A stretch of 64,000 nt of DNA, from contig OZ024742.1 of NCBI GenBank assembly GCA_964016885.1, forward strand, positions 286,812,001 to 286,876,000. Reading direction: 5' to 3'. Source of the DNA: Eledone cirrhosa (taxonomy: Eukaryota). Below are positions 45,806 through 58,272 of the stretch, piece after piece. The position numbers and the translations under genes are program-made. Each line of letters opens with the position of its first letter. The first letter of the stretch is position 1. The notes beneath the pieces were generated by a model, which was not told the origin of the DNA, made no database searches, and saw only the letters and a program-made list of their open reading frames with translations.

Positions 45806-45832
<27 letters not shown>

Positions 45833-45917
45833 ACGAAGGAAATGTGGTAAGGAACCAGGTGGACCATAACGCACCAAAGTACTCAATACTTGGGGTAGTA
45901 GAGTGGGTAATAGGGTA

Positions 45918-45974
45918 ATAGGAACCGGTAAGACCCCGACGGCTGAGCTCAAGCCGTTTCGACGGCTAATTCCA

Positions 45975-46019
<45 letters not shown>

Positions 46020-46108
46020 CACACACACAAAGAGATGTGTGTTCAGTTATAGGGGACAGAATTAGCCGTCGAAACGGCTTGAGCTCAGCCGTCGGGGTCT
46101 TACCGGTT

Positions 46109-46113
<5 letters not shown>
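45918..46113. repeat. Perfect 55-bp inverted repeat (45918-45972 / 46059-46113) containing a hammerhead-like 3' half
   Basis: GAATTAGCCGTCGAAACGGCTTGAGCTCAGCCGTCGGGGTCTTACCGGTTCCTAT and its exact reverse complement. Confidence 0.85.
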
Positions 46114-46196
<83 letters not shown>

Positions 46197-46217
46197 AGAC
46201 AGTAAATAAATAAAAGT

Positions 46218-46640
46218 ACACAAAGAGATGTGTGTTCAATTATAGGGGACATAATACCACCAGAGTGAAAACCATATAATCTACGAACAGAAGGGAAAAT
46301 ACACAAGAATTAAAAAGATAAATTAAAGTGTACAGACCATTGTTGATAATTATACTTCCGGGACATGCTGAAAGCATGTTTCGCTACAAATTAAGTGTAG
46401 AATCATACCGTTGATGGTTTATCAACAGGAGGGACAAACGATATGATCCACACTTCTAAACTTATAATAGACGAATGTCAAGACCGCATGGTGTAGAAAG
46501 AAAAACCGTGCGCTACACTTTAATTTATCTTTTTAATCCTTGTGCGTTTTTCAGTTTGTTCGTAGATTATATGGTTTTCACTCTGGTGGTATTTTGTCCC
46601 CTATAACTGAACACACATCTCTTTGTGTGTGTGTATAAAT
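46218..46640. mobile_element. Fold-back remnant with ~115-bp inverted arms (46218-46332 / 46514-46627), probably inverted PLE pLTRs
   Basis: Arm ACACAAAGAGATGTGTGTTC...AATTAAAGTGTA and its reverse complement. A degenerate hammerhead-like motif lies on the minus strand at ~46358-46410. A third partial arm lies at ~46012-46058. Confidence 0.65.
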
Positions 46641-46702
46641 ATATATATATATATTATGAAAATAAAACAAAGAAGCCTTCAATACATCAAAAGTCTTTAT
46701 TA

Positions 46703-46740
46703 GCCAACAATGTTTCGTCCTATTAAGGACTCATCAGGGC
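46703..46740 (-). ncRNA. Canonical minimal type I hammerhead ribozyme
   Basis: Minus strand reads GCC-CTGATGA-GTCC(TTAATA)GGAC-GAAA-CATTGT-T-GGC. Confidence 0.88.
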
Positions 46741-48425
46741 AATCAAAACCACAAGAAGCACTATCGGCCAATACAAGCCGAAAACTCCGAAGAATATGGA
46801 GTGTACATACACTAAAGTATTGGAAGATTATGGGTAAAAATATATAATAAAAATCACTAAGGAGGTGGATAACATTTTGAACCATATTACAAATATAGTC
46901 CAAAGCAAAAAAACTAGAACTAAACAAAGGTGGTTATATAGAGCGGGAATTATAGTACTATATGTAATACAATATAATATAATATAATATAATATACTTG
47001 TAACAATATTAAAATTAAAATTAAAATTAAAAGGCACACTATACATATGTATATATATACGCACACGTACGCACATATAAGTATACATCAATACACATTT
47101 CCATCTTTAACAGCACAAATTAAACATTATTAAGAGTTTAAATATAAATAAGCATAATAGGAATAAAAATAAAAATAATACGTATATCTAATATACAGTA
47201 TAACATGAAATAATGAAATGGTTAAAAGTAACACATATAATATATAATAATATAATATATAATAAACTATATAATTATATAATATATAATATAATATAAT
47301 AGATAATCTCCGGTTAATTTACACAAACAATATAGATGTCACAATAACACTATAATAATAATATAATAATATATAATATATAATGGCATGTAAGTTAACA
47401 AATCAATTCATATAGAGTTACAGAGTAGGTGAGAAAAAAAAAATAAATTGTACAATACCCAAAATTATGATGGTACAAAATATAAACATCTTACATGATA
47501 TATAAAATTTAACATATCATAATGGTACATAAAATCATCGGTAAGTAATAAGGATCAATAGTACATTTACAAAGAGTTGAATAACAACTTCAATATAAAA
47601 TAATGAACATAATATAATATATAATTACTTATAATTACAAGGTTGCTAAACAGACACATATGTGAATGAGTGAATAAGGGCCAGACAGAAAATACTATGC
47701 ACAGTAGTATTAATAAATAAATAAATAAAATCGACCGGAAATCAAAAAACAAAAACAAAAGTATTTACTTAGGTCTCACATGCAGTTAAGTAAAAACTTA
47801 GGAAACAACCCGGATAAATGACTAGAAAACCCTATTTGATAAATTAATATTGAAAATATTTAAAATACCTAATAAGTCAATACAATATTAGCTATGGTTT
47901 AAGTAATCAAAGTCCCTAAACATTAATATTTCACTATAAATATATATAGAAAAGAATGAAATATTCTACTATCATTTACATAACGATATCTAAAAAACTG
48001 ACTTAAGCAGAATTATGGTAGGCTAATAGGGACAGAAAAAAAGAAATGTATGGAGGATACAAAGGAGCATAAAATCATAATCAATATACTGTATTATATA
48101 ATAGAAAGGAGCATAAAAAAGGGGGGATTAAATATAATCATAATATATTTGAAGGGGTTAGCAATAAGTTTATGTGTGCATGGGGGGGAGGGGTTATCCA
48201 AAGAAGAATCCAAATAAAATAAAATAAAATGAAATAAAATAATATAAAATATATAATCAGATATACTCATAAGGTGTTAATAGTGAAAATTTAATGTGTA
48301 AGAAGATAGATATGGTATAGTAGCCAAAAGACTATGAGAGCTAGAATAAAATGATAATAATGATGATAATAATGGTGGTAAACAAAAAGAACCTAAACTA
48401 AAAAATAAGTAATGGAATATATCAG

Positions 48426-48880
48426 CTAATGGATACAATTTACACTACTAGAACCTTTAGGTTTATAATAAAAGTAAGAATTAGAAATAGCGTGGGGGCA
48501 AGAAGAGAATATCTCAGACTTTCTATTAAGTAAGGATTCACTAGAGAAAATTATAGAGTCTGTCTCGAGGATACAGAGATTACAAAATTTAGTATGTGTA
48601 GAAAGGTTATTAGAGCGTGCTACTAAACGCCAAATAAGGCTATATGGTATATTAGCCCCCTTAAGATCGCAGATATAGTGTGCTAAAGAAGTAGAATTCT
48701 TAAACTTAACATGTTTGAAATTAGAGATATGAGAATTAAACCTAGTATTAAAAGTGTTAGATGTAGAGCCTATATAAGTTCTATTAGAGGAATTAGTTAT
48801 AACTACGCAAGCATAAACGATGTTCTTAGAGAGGCAGTTACCGTTTAAAGGGCAGTTAGCACTCACTCTACAGTTACACT
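48426..48880 (-). pseudogene. GIY-YIG endonuclease domain of the PLE
   Basis: CNCRVSANCPLNGNCLSKNIVY...TYIGST...RFNSH...CNLC..E...LLNRKSEIFSSCPH. Confidence 0.88.
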
Positions 48881-49335
48881 TCCGGGTGCTATTGATTGGC
48901 TGAAGTAGTGATGCATTACACGTAGGATTACTATTAGATAAGGTCTGCTCTGGTGGTAAGGCATTTGCAGATCTGTTCAGACTAGTAGTATGTAGAGAGG
49001 GGTATCCATCCCTAATTTTCCTATTGTTAGTGCTAGCTAAATGAGAACTAATATTAGGGGTGGTAGAGAATGAAAGTTTAATAACATTTTTATTAAAAAT
49101 ACTATGGTATTTATGAGAAGGGGGGGGGGGGATTTTTCTCTAAGATAGAAAAGAAAGACCTAGGGATATTAGTTAATACTTCCTGATTATATGGCGGGTT
49201 AAAATAAGTATTTAGTCTCCTTCTATTTTTATCCTTTCCGACTCTACCATTATCCAATATCCCATTATTAAGACTAGGGTTACTACAAGGATTAGTTAAA
49301 ACCGCATTATTAGAATCAGCCTAAATTCCATTAAG

Positions 49336-50368
49336 TCACTTTCTGTTTCTACTTCTAGTAGATCTGCTGCTGTCTGGAATCCTATCAAAAGGATTAGGGC
49401 CAATAATAGGATCAGTAGAAACAACATTATTAGAATTAGATCTAGCAAAAGCATCACCAATGAGTGAGCGCTCAGAGGGTTCGACTTGATTCCTAGAGGT
49501 ATTATATTCCCTATTACGAGTCCGGTGGGTTAACTTATGGATGGGTTCAGATACACCTATGTAATTTCTACGATTATTATGCTTCCTACTCCCATTCATG
49601 GCCATGTTATGGGATATTATGTTATTATTATTATAAGTAAACGGAGACTTTCTAAGGTTACTATTATTATAATGTATTTTACTAGAGTAACCGGAATTAG
49701 CTAGGGCATTATTATAGTACTCCGCATGTTCATTAAATGTTCCTACGTCCTTAGAGAGTGTGGAAATCCTATTAGATACACCCTTAATTATAGAGCTTAT
49801 CATAGATTTGGGGTGGTTAGAATTGGGACTAACATAAGAAAGTATTTCATTAGACTTATGGAAGGGTTTAAAACTATTAGTGACCAAGTCCAAAGTCACA
49901 TCTAAAAAGTTGACCGCTCTATCGTTTCTATCTATCGTGATCGAAAGGTTATAGCTTTTAAAAAACTTATAAAGCTTCTTCTTATTATGCTCGACATTGT
50001 TGGTGCTAGAGTTAATCACAAACAATGCATCATCACGATATAGTCCGCCTTTAAGGTGCGGAAAGGTAACATGTAGTTCATTTAGGAGGAACAACCCAAC
50101 AAGATCAGTTACCTGGGCCGAATCACTCGAACCCATTGTAACGTCGAAATTGTTGGGCGTGTTTTTACGGGTCCAAAATGTGTCCTCAAAATTAATGATA
50201 GTTCTACGGGCTGCTAGTATAATATCTACCTGTGATCGTGTAAGGCTGGACACTCTCATGGCCAACATTAAGGCTTTATTGAGGAGGATGGGTGAAATCG
50301 ATGTGTAGTAGGCATCAATATCGAACTGGATAAACTTATTAGATTCAAGTTTATTAATCCCAGAGAAC
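49336..50368 (-). pseudogene. PLE reverse transcriptase fragment, 5'-truncated, with stops and frameshifts downstream
   Basis: FIQFDIDAYYTSI, FDVTMGS, GGLYRDD, VNFLDVTLDL, SNHP. Confidence 0.9.
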
Positions 50369-50971
50369 CAGCGGGGGAAAAACACATATGTTTTTCCCCC
50401 GCTGTGACCCGTCTATTTCGTTCTTACTGCTTCCTCTTTCTCTGTATCTTTACCCTCTCTAACAGTCACTCTCTCTGTTAGCCTCTTCCTCACCCTTCAC
50501 TCACTCACTCTCTGTTACTACCTCTCCTCCTCCTCCTTCTTCCCGTTTGACCTGTGCGTAATTCTTTTCTTTCGCACGCTTGGCCAGGCCAGTCGGCATT
50601 TTTTCTCTCTCTCGTCTACGATTTCACAGAACTTATGTTTACCGAATTCAGGGACTAGACCCCTTCTTCCCCCCGTTAGACCTGTGCGAAATTCCTTCCT
50701 TGCTCACATTTCCACCAGGTTTGATGGTCTTTATTCTCTATCGTTCACGATTTCACCGAACTTATATTCATAGAAATGTTTGGACTTGACTCGTTCTTCC
50801 TCACTTTTCGTTGCTTCACCATCTTTGTTTGTTTACACTCTCGCTGTTCCCTTTATTTACATGTCTCAACGACTTTCTTTAGCCGTTGCTCGCACCAACC
50901 GGAGGTATATGGTCTTTAAAGCGAAGAAATACCGATGATGGTTGGAAGATTACTGATGAAGGACCACTTTA

Positions 50972-51452
<481 letters not shown>

Positions 51453-51493
51453 ATACATATTGTATAAAGCTATGCTTGAAGCTAAATCTTATT

Positions 51494-51582
<89 letters not shown>

Positions 51583-51636
51583 AAATGGCTTCTACATGAC
51601 AAGAACTGTTTCATTCGGAGGAAATCATTTAGGGCT

Positions 51637-51710
51637 TTCCTGATAAAATAAAGTACCAGTAATGCACTGGGTAATTGCTGGCCTTGTGCCTAAAATAGAA
51701 ACAATTATTT
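51637..51710 (+). mobile_element. SINE 3' fragment, same family as 62110-62228 and 63925-64000
   Basis: GATAAAATAAAGTACCAGTAATGCACTGGGTAATTGCTGGCCTTGTGCCTAAAATAGAAA matches the reverse complement of the 62110 copy. Confidence 0.75.
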
Positions 51711-52260
51711 CTAATAATATGGCCATGAGGAAAAATAGTAAAAACACTAGCCACTATAACTCTAGGACGAAGGTTAATACCAAACTTAACTCGCACCAAA
51801 GTAAACACCACAATAATAATATAGACAGGGATATAAATACCTGAAAAAACAGTACTAAAAACAAAAATAGAAGGAGAACTAATACATTCTTCAATTCCCC
51901 TTTCAATCTAAACGTCTCTACCAACTTGCCTAAGGCTTTCTTCTCAATCTTAGAAAAAACTTCCCGACCGGCCACAAGTACCATAACCTTATCAATAAAA
52001 ATACAATTAAAATATCGTACTCCACCACACCTAACATAGCTAGTAGTAATAAAAGGAAGATTAATAATTATTTCCAACTAATTAAAACACAACAGGAGGT
52101 AAACTTAGTACCTGTAAACAATAGTAGTAATAATAGTAATAATGATAATAGCACTAATGAAATCAATAACAATACGAATGATAGACATCATTACCCTTGT
52201 GCTATCCCTAGCAACCAGAATTCTTCACAACATAGGAACCGGCAAGCTAACACCCAGAAT

Positions 52261-52690
52261 AAATGTAACTGTAGAACTAATAGAACTTGCCCTTTAGGTA
52301 ATAATTGCTTAACCAAAGACATCATCTACTCATGCACCGTCAACGCAAACGACTCTTCTAAAACATATATCGGCTCTACTTCGAACAGCTTCAAGACGAG
52401 ATACAACTCGCACCTCCACTTTCAAGAAACACAATCTAGCCAACTCCACTTCTTTATCTAGCTACGTACACTCTCTGAAAACTAGGAATAGACCATTTAC
52501 ACTGCAATGGGAAGTAGTAGGTAGGGCCTCATCGTATAAACCACCGAATAAATTGTGTAATCTCTGTCTTCTAGAGACCCATACTATAATATTTTCGAAA
52601 CCAGACCTCCTTAATAAAAAGTCGGAGACATTTTCCTCGTGCCAACACCGATACCGTCACTCTTTCTATAACTTTAAATCTAGCTGTTAG
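52261..52690 (+). pseudogene. Frameshifted GIY-YIG endonuclease domain
   Basis: Manual translation: KCNCRTNRTCPLGNNCLTKDIIYSC...TYIGSTSNSFKTRYNSH / ...CNLCLLE...LLNKKSETFSSCQH, stop at 52688-52690. Confidence 0.85.
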
Positions 52691-54003
52691 TATATATCAA
52701 TGTCAGATTTGAATTCTCCACCACCTTTAACACTTCACATCTAGGATTTATCAGCCCGCACATCTACACACTCTTTGATCAGCTCTTCCCTCTACACAAC
52801 TCCTATTTACCGCTAACCTTATACTCTGCAACAACTGTTAGAATTAAACATAAAGTTACCATCTTTTGGTATAACTAGTATAGCTTGATTATATTATATA
52901 AAGTAATGGATATTTAATATATAGAGACATTTAATGTAATATGTAATAATAAACTATATAGACATTTGTGTAATTAAATACTTAAATTAATAACATGTAT
53001 ATAAGGGATCTACTTTAACACAATGTAGTAATAATAAAGTATATATACATTTATATTTAAATATATAATGTAATAGCATTGTATGCATGGGATTAATTTT
53101 TAAACAATAATGTATATTGTTGCACAGGTGATATATCTAGTTAAACATATAAACAGCTATTTTCCATAACATATATCTTGTCCAGTAATGAATGGATAAC
53201 AATCTTAAGGGACCTTTAATGTATTATAATAAAATGTATTATTTAAAATCAAGTATAAATGTATAGCATTATGTAATAGAGATTCTATTGTATCACATTA
53301 TAATGTGTATTAGAGCAAAGATTTTGAATAACTGAATTTAATTAGCTAGTTACCTCCCCTTACGCATTAGCTCCCCTTACTCACTTCCGGGTATTTTAAC
53401 CGTTAGAAAACCTACCTGTTGAGCTAATATAGTCCATGTATATGAATACAATTAGACTAATTTACAATCCATTGCTTTAACTAACTTAAATATTCAATAT
53501 AAACATTAACTAAAATATAATTCAACATATGTAATGGAAGAGACTGCGATAACTTTATTCTCCTCAACACACACAAATTCGGACACTATCAACAAACTAC
53601 GTTCATCTTAGATTTTAATACACTGTATTGTTGCCTAAAATACAGTATTTATTATCTATATATGCATAATAACTTTGCTTATTTCCTTCTCACATATATG
53701 TCTAACGCATGTGCACTTTCTACACACCTGCATATGTATTGCTAATGAACTCTTTGTTCCTCAAAGCTCCTTTCACAATGCCTCTTTAATTATTGGACTA
53801 TCCTCTTGTATTATCTGTTGCATGTATTCCACTCTGTACTTTTAATTTTGATTTGAATTTGAATTTTTGTACAATTATCGTAAAATATATGGCACATCCA
53901 TTCCACTCTGTAAATACGAAACTGTTTCTTACAACATCAATATATATGTATCTATATTATTGTTCAGTTGAATAGGAGGTTAATTACATGTACAAACATT
54001 GAT

Positions 54004-54056
54004 AATGCTCCGATGATTCCAAATGAAAGTTTGGAAGAAACGATTGTCAGCTATTA
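54004..54056 (+). ncRNA. Minimal hammerhead ribozyme with CCGATGA (U4C) core
   Basis: GCT-CCGATGA-TTCCAAA(TGAAAG)TTTGGAA-GAAA-CGATT-GTC-AGC. Confidence 0.78.
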
Positions 54057-54606
54057 AATGATTTGAACACATCTTTGATAATTGTATAATTTATTTATTT
54101 ATTTTACTGCTCTGTAAAAAAACTGATGTTCATACATTGAGCTATTTGTCTTACTGGTAATAAGGTAATAGGAAATTACTGACCTTCCTGTTTATAGTTG
54201 TTTATACTATATACATAACTATAAATAGTATTATTATTATTATATATATATATATATATGTACGAATAAAATTTGTTTGTGTAGATCAGTGTACAAACAA
54301 AAATAAGACAAGTGAGATTGCTTACCAAAGTATTTTTCTCAACATGGTCCTTCTATGGGTTACAGTGATAGTAAAAAAAAAAAGAGATATCAAATTATAG
54401 TATCCGAGTGGATAGCAAGAGGAAAATTTTTACTGCAAGATGCAGCAACCTCATCTCGAACTTTGAAATCTTTCGGATGAAATGCAGTATTTAACGCATT
54501 GCTAGTGAATGCGCGCAACCAGCACTCGTGAACTTAAACTGTATTAAAACATGTGTTAAAGAATGAACTTTTGATAAAATTCTTCACTTCTTTTCTATAC
54601 TTCACT

Positions 54607-54689
<83 letters not shown>

Positions 54690-54774
54690 AAAAATTGAAC
54701 GGGAACAAAACAGAGAGACAGTACGAACAAAGGTTTATTAGTTTCACTCTCTTGAGAGTGGGGTGGTGGTGGGG

Positions 54775-54808
54775 AACGACGTTTCGAGCATAAGCCCTTC
54801 TTCAGGTA
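54775..54808 (-). ncRNA. Minimal hammerhead ribozyme
   Basis: Minus strand reads AC-CTGAAGA-A-GGGC(TTAT)GCTC-GAAAC-GTC-GT, with palindromic ACGT stem III. Confidence 0.8.
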
Positions 54809-56258
54809 AAAAGTGTGTGGGAAGAGAGTTCCAAGGGTGTGTAGGGGAGTGGTGGAGAAACATATAGAAAAAAGGGGTGAGAGGAAACGGTACAAATGAA
54901 ATTAAATATAAAAGCATAATATAAATAAAAATAAAAATAAACGTGAAGTAAAACAGGTGGTGGAAGGGTGTGGGGCGTGTAGGGGTGGTGGCGGGTGGGG
55001 TGGGGAGAGGGGGGCGGGGTGTCCGAGCGGGGAGGGCTGAAGGTGGTGTGTGTGTGTAGGTGTACGTGTGTGTGTGTGTGTGTGTATATGTGAAAGTAAG
55101 AGTTGGGGAAGAACGGGGTTGCATGTTCAGGAAAAGGTGTGTGTGGGGTGGGGTGTAGGTCGGTGTGTGTGTGCGTGTGTGGATGGGGAGGGGTCAGAGG
55201 GGTGGGGGAGAGGATTCCGGAGGCTGAGTGTGTAAATATGTGGTGGTACGCATGTGTGTGTGGTGTTTATACGTGTTGTGCATGTAGGTGGCGTGAGGGA
55301 AAAAAATGTTTTTGAGTGTATGTCCGTGGGTAAGTCCCTAAGGTAGTTCCGTAGAGGATGTGGTGGAATGCTGGGTAATATCCTTGGGATGTGGTTGATT
55401 CTTGGGATCGATGTCTAATGTGTGTAATCCGTGGTTGGGTTGGTCCGAAGAGGGGAGATGTGGGGTGCGCGCGCAACAGGAAGTGGTCAGAGGGTCAAGG
55501 CAGGAGGAGGGTTGTGTGATTGTGTGTCTGCGTGTGCGGAGAGGTGGTCAGAGATTCGGGGGGCATAGCAGCAGTCGGGGAGAATGGTAAGTGAAGAAAG
55601 TCGGTGTGTCAGTGTGTGCGGAGGTGCGGTGGACAGGGGAGAGGATGGGTAGGTGTGAAAGTTGGAGTGAGGAGAGGGTGTGTGTATTAGTAGAGGTGTT
55701 GGTGGGGGGGGGGGGGGTGAGAAAGGGTGTGGGTGGAGCGGGGAGGGGGAGAGAAATGTGTGGGGGCCGGTGGAGGGAGTGTAGTGTACTGGTGTGTGTG
55801 TGCGTGTTTGGCTGAGTGTGTGTGGTGAAGGGGGTGTTAGTATACTGGTGGTGGGGAAAGGGTTGAATGCGGGTGTTAGTGGGGGTCAGTGGTGGTAGGG
55901 TGTGTAAAGTGGGTGGTGTAAGTGGGTGTGTGTGTTCGTGTCCGTGGGGTTGGGGGGTGTTAGTAATGTTAGTTGGGGGGGGGGGTGAATGTGTGGGGGT
56001 GAGGGTTAGTGGTGGTAGTAGGGTGTGTGTTTAGTGTGAGTGTGTGTATATATGTACCGGTGGGTGTGTGCGTGTGATAAGGGGAGGGGGGAGAAGCAAA
56101 GAGGGATGTTAGTATGTTAGTTGGGGAAGGGTGGTCGGGTGTGGAGTGGAGCGGAGGTGTTAGAATTGTTAGTTGTGGGGTGGGCGGTGAAAAGGAGGAG
56201 TGTATTAGTGGCGTTAGTGGGGGATATGTGTGTGGGGAGGGGGGAGGGCGGTCGAAGG

Positions 56259-57572
56259 CTAAAGGAATAAGGGTGGAGAGTTCAGGCCGGGGGGAGTGTG
56301 GGTCTGTAGGGGGAAGATGGTTCGTTGTTCGACCCTGAGGAGAGTGGCGGGTGTTCCGTGGCATTGGAGTAGGCCACAGACTGTGAGGTGGTGTGCGGAA
56401 TGTCCAGGGGCACCAAAGTGGCGGGCGATGGGGGAACTACCACCGAGACGAATATCTCGGAGGTGTTCAGTAAACCTGTCCGCCAGGCGACGTCCAGTCT
56501 GTCCGACGTAGGTCGCGCTGCACTCCTTGCAGCGAAGTCCGTAGACTAGGTTGGAGGAGGTGCAGCGGAAGGCATGCCGGACAGAGAGAGTGGCCGTTGG
56601 GACCCTGGAAGGTGGTGGTGTTGGTGATGTGAGGACAGGTGTTGCAGCGGGGCCTGGAACAGGGAAGGGAACCGGGGGGGAAGGAGAGCGTGGGTTGGGG
56701 GTAGGGAGCTATGGACGAGGAGGGTGCGGAGATTGCGTGCGCGTTTGAAGGAGGGGAGTGGTGGGGCTGGGAAGATGTGGGAGGTGGAGGGGTCGGACTG
56801 GAGGCGGAGGAAGAGGTGGAGGGGTATGGTGGAGGGGTGGTAGGTGATGGGGAAGGGGAGACGGTGGGTGGGTGTGCGGTGGCGTGGGGTGAGGGTGGTG
56901 GAGCGGTGGACAGCACGGGCGCGGGTGAGAGCGGTGTGGACAAGAGAGGGGGGTAACCTCTGCGGATGAAATGGCTGATTAGGGAAAGGGCCTGGGACTC
57001 AAAGTCAGCATTTCGGCTACAGAGGCGGCGGATCCTGAGGAGTTGGGAGTAGGGAATAGAGTGTTTAGTGTGTGGGGGGGGGTGGGAAGAGGTGAAGTCG
57101 AGGTAGGAGTGGGAGTCGGTGGGTTTGAAGAAGGCGGAGGTGACGAGGGAGTGGTGGGAGGGGTCGAAGGCGACGGAGATGTCTAAGAAGTGGACGTGGG
57201 TGGTGGAGATAGAGGTGGTGAAGTGGAGGGATTGGTGAAAGGAGCAGAAGAAGGAGAGAAAGGAGTCGAGCTGTTCTCGGGTGAGGGTCGTGGCTCCGAT
57301 ACAGTCGTCGATGTAACGACCGTATAGTTCGGGCGTGGGGCCGGTGTACTGGGCAAAGATTTGGGCCTCAACATGGCCAACAAAAAGGTTGGCATAGTTT
57401 GGGCCCATTCTTGTACCCACGGCTACCCTCGTGACCTGTTGGTAAAACTCACCCGAGAAGGAGAAACAGTTGAGGGTGAGGACCAGCTCGGCGAGGCGAA
57501 GGAGGGTGGGGGTGGAGGGGATGGGGGAGGGCCGAAGCTCGAGATAATGCTTGAGGGCACGTTGGCCGTCGG
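56259..57572 (-). pseudogene. Frameshifted PLE RT C-terminal half plus GIY-YIG
   Basis: VGTRMGPNYANLFVG, GRYIDDC, FLDI, PCSRPRCNTC; after a frameshift NLVYGLRCKECSATYVGQTGRRLADRFTEH, stop at 56259-56261. Confidence 0.9.
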
Positions 57573-57758
57573 ATATATATATATATATGAAAAGCATTAG
57601 AAATGCGCAACCGGTAAAAACTTAAAACTAAAACTGAATACTAACCAATACTTATTACTTATTCCTAATTAAACTATTTTTCACTGGGAACAATTTGTCA
57701 GCATTTTCTTTTCCTTTTACCATTATATCACAACTCGTGTGTTACACCTCTATTCTTT

Positions 57759-57804
<46 letters not shown>

Positions 57805-57917
57805 CTGCTGACTGAATATGCACATGTATTTTCTTTTCTCCCCAAATTTTACAATTATACCCGTTCCTTCCTTTCATCCCTCTTTACTTTCTATTTATCT
57901 TCTATTTCTAATTTTAT

Positions 57918-57949
57918 CTTCTGATGAAAGACTAGTCTGGGACGTTAAG
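57918..57949 (+). ncRNA. Degenerate hammerhead (GAAA changed to GGGA) in a probable solo pLTR remnant (~57801-58005)
   Basis: CTT-CTGATGA-A-AGAC(TA)GTCT-GGGAC-GTT-AAG, lying between (TA)n and (TG)n. Confidence 0.55.
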
Positions 57950-58272
57950 TTTGTCTTCCTGATATTTCAAGCGTTAAACCATGTGTTGTGCCGTTTGTCT
58001 TGTTATTGTGTGTGTGTGTGTGTGTGTTAGGAATAAGAGACAAGGTATGATTAGAGAAGCTTATTTAATTATATATTTTAACACGTGTTTCATTATCGAG
58101 TTACGTCAGGGCTTATGGGAGCTGTTTAGAGATATAAATATTTCCAATCATTCTCCTGCAATACCCTAGAACTCAACAAATCTACAGAAAATGATTCATA
58201 GAATTTGATTTCTAGAATATGATTTATAGAATTTGAGTGATAGTATCGAATATAACGAGGTGGGATTGACAA

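Larger units (their letters stand above)
40752..45812 (+). mobile_element. Full-length, apparently intact Penelope-like retroelement (Neptune-like) with two ORFs and direct pseudo-LTRs
   Basis: Direct repeats 40752-40970 and 45587-45805 look identical by eye. It carries an RT plus GIY-YIG ORF and a hammerhead in each repeat, and (TA)n lies at both flanks. Confidence 0.93.
46650..50368 (-). mobile_element. 5'-truncated, degenerate Penelope-like element (CNCR..CPL.G.C endonuclease type, tentatively Nematis-like)
   Basis: RT fragment, FNPPYN motif, GIY-YIG domain, ~1.7-kb AT-rich 3' UTR, terminal hammerhead, and (TA)n at the 3' end. Confidence 0.88.
51711..54240 (+). mobile_element. 5'-truncated degenerate Penelope-like element related to the 46650-50368 element
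   Basis: KNRRRTNTFFNSPF motif, frameshifted GIY-YIG domain, long AT-rich 3' UTR, hammerhead at ~54007, ending near a TA run. Confidence 0.85.
54687..57572 (-). mobile_element. 5'-truncated GC-rich Penelope-like element (Neptune-like) flanked by (TA)n on both sides
   Basis: RT and GIY-YIG coding remnant, 1.4-kb C-rich 3' UTR, hammerhead near the 3' end, TA runs at 54609-54686 and 57573-57588. Confidence 0.88.

Noticed and set aside
50953-50970. CTGATGA as a hammerhead core
   Set aside because: No stem II closure or downstream GAAA; it runs into (TA)n.
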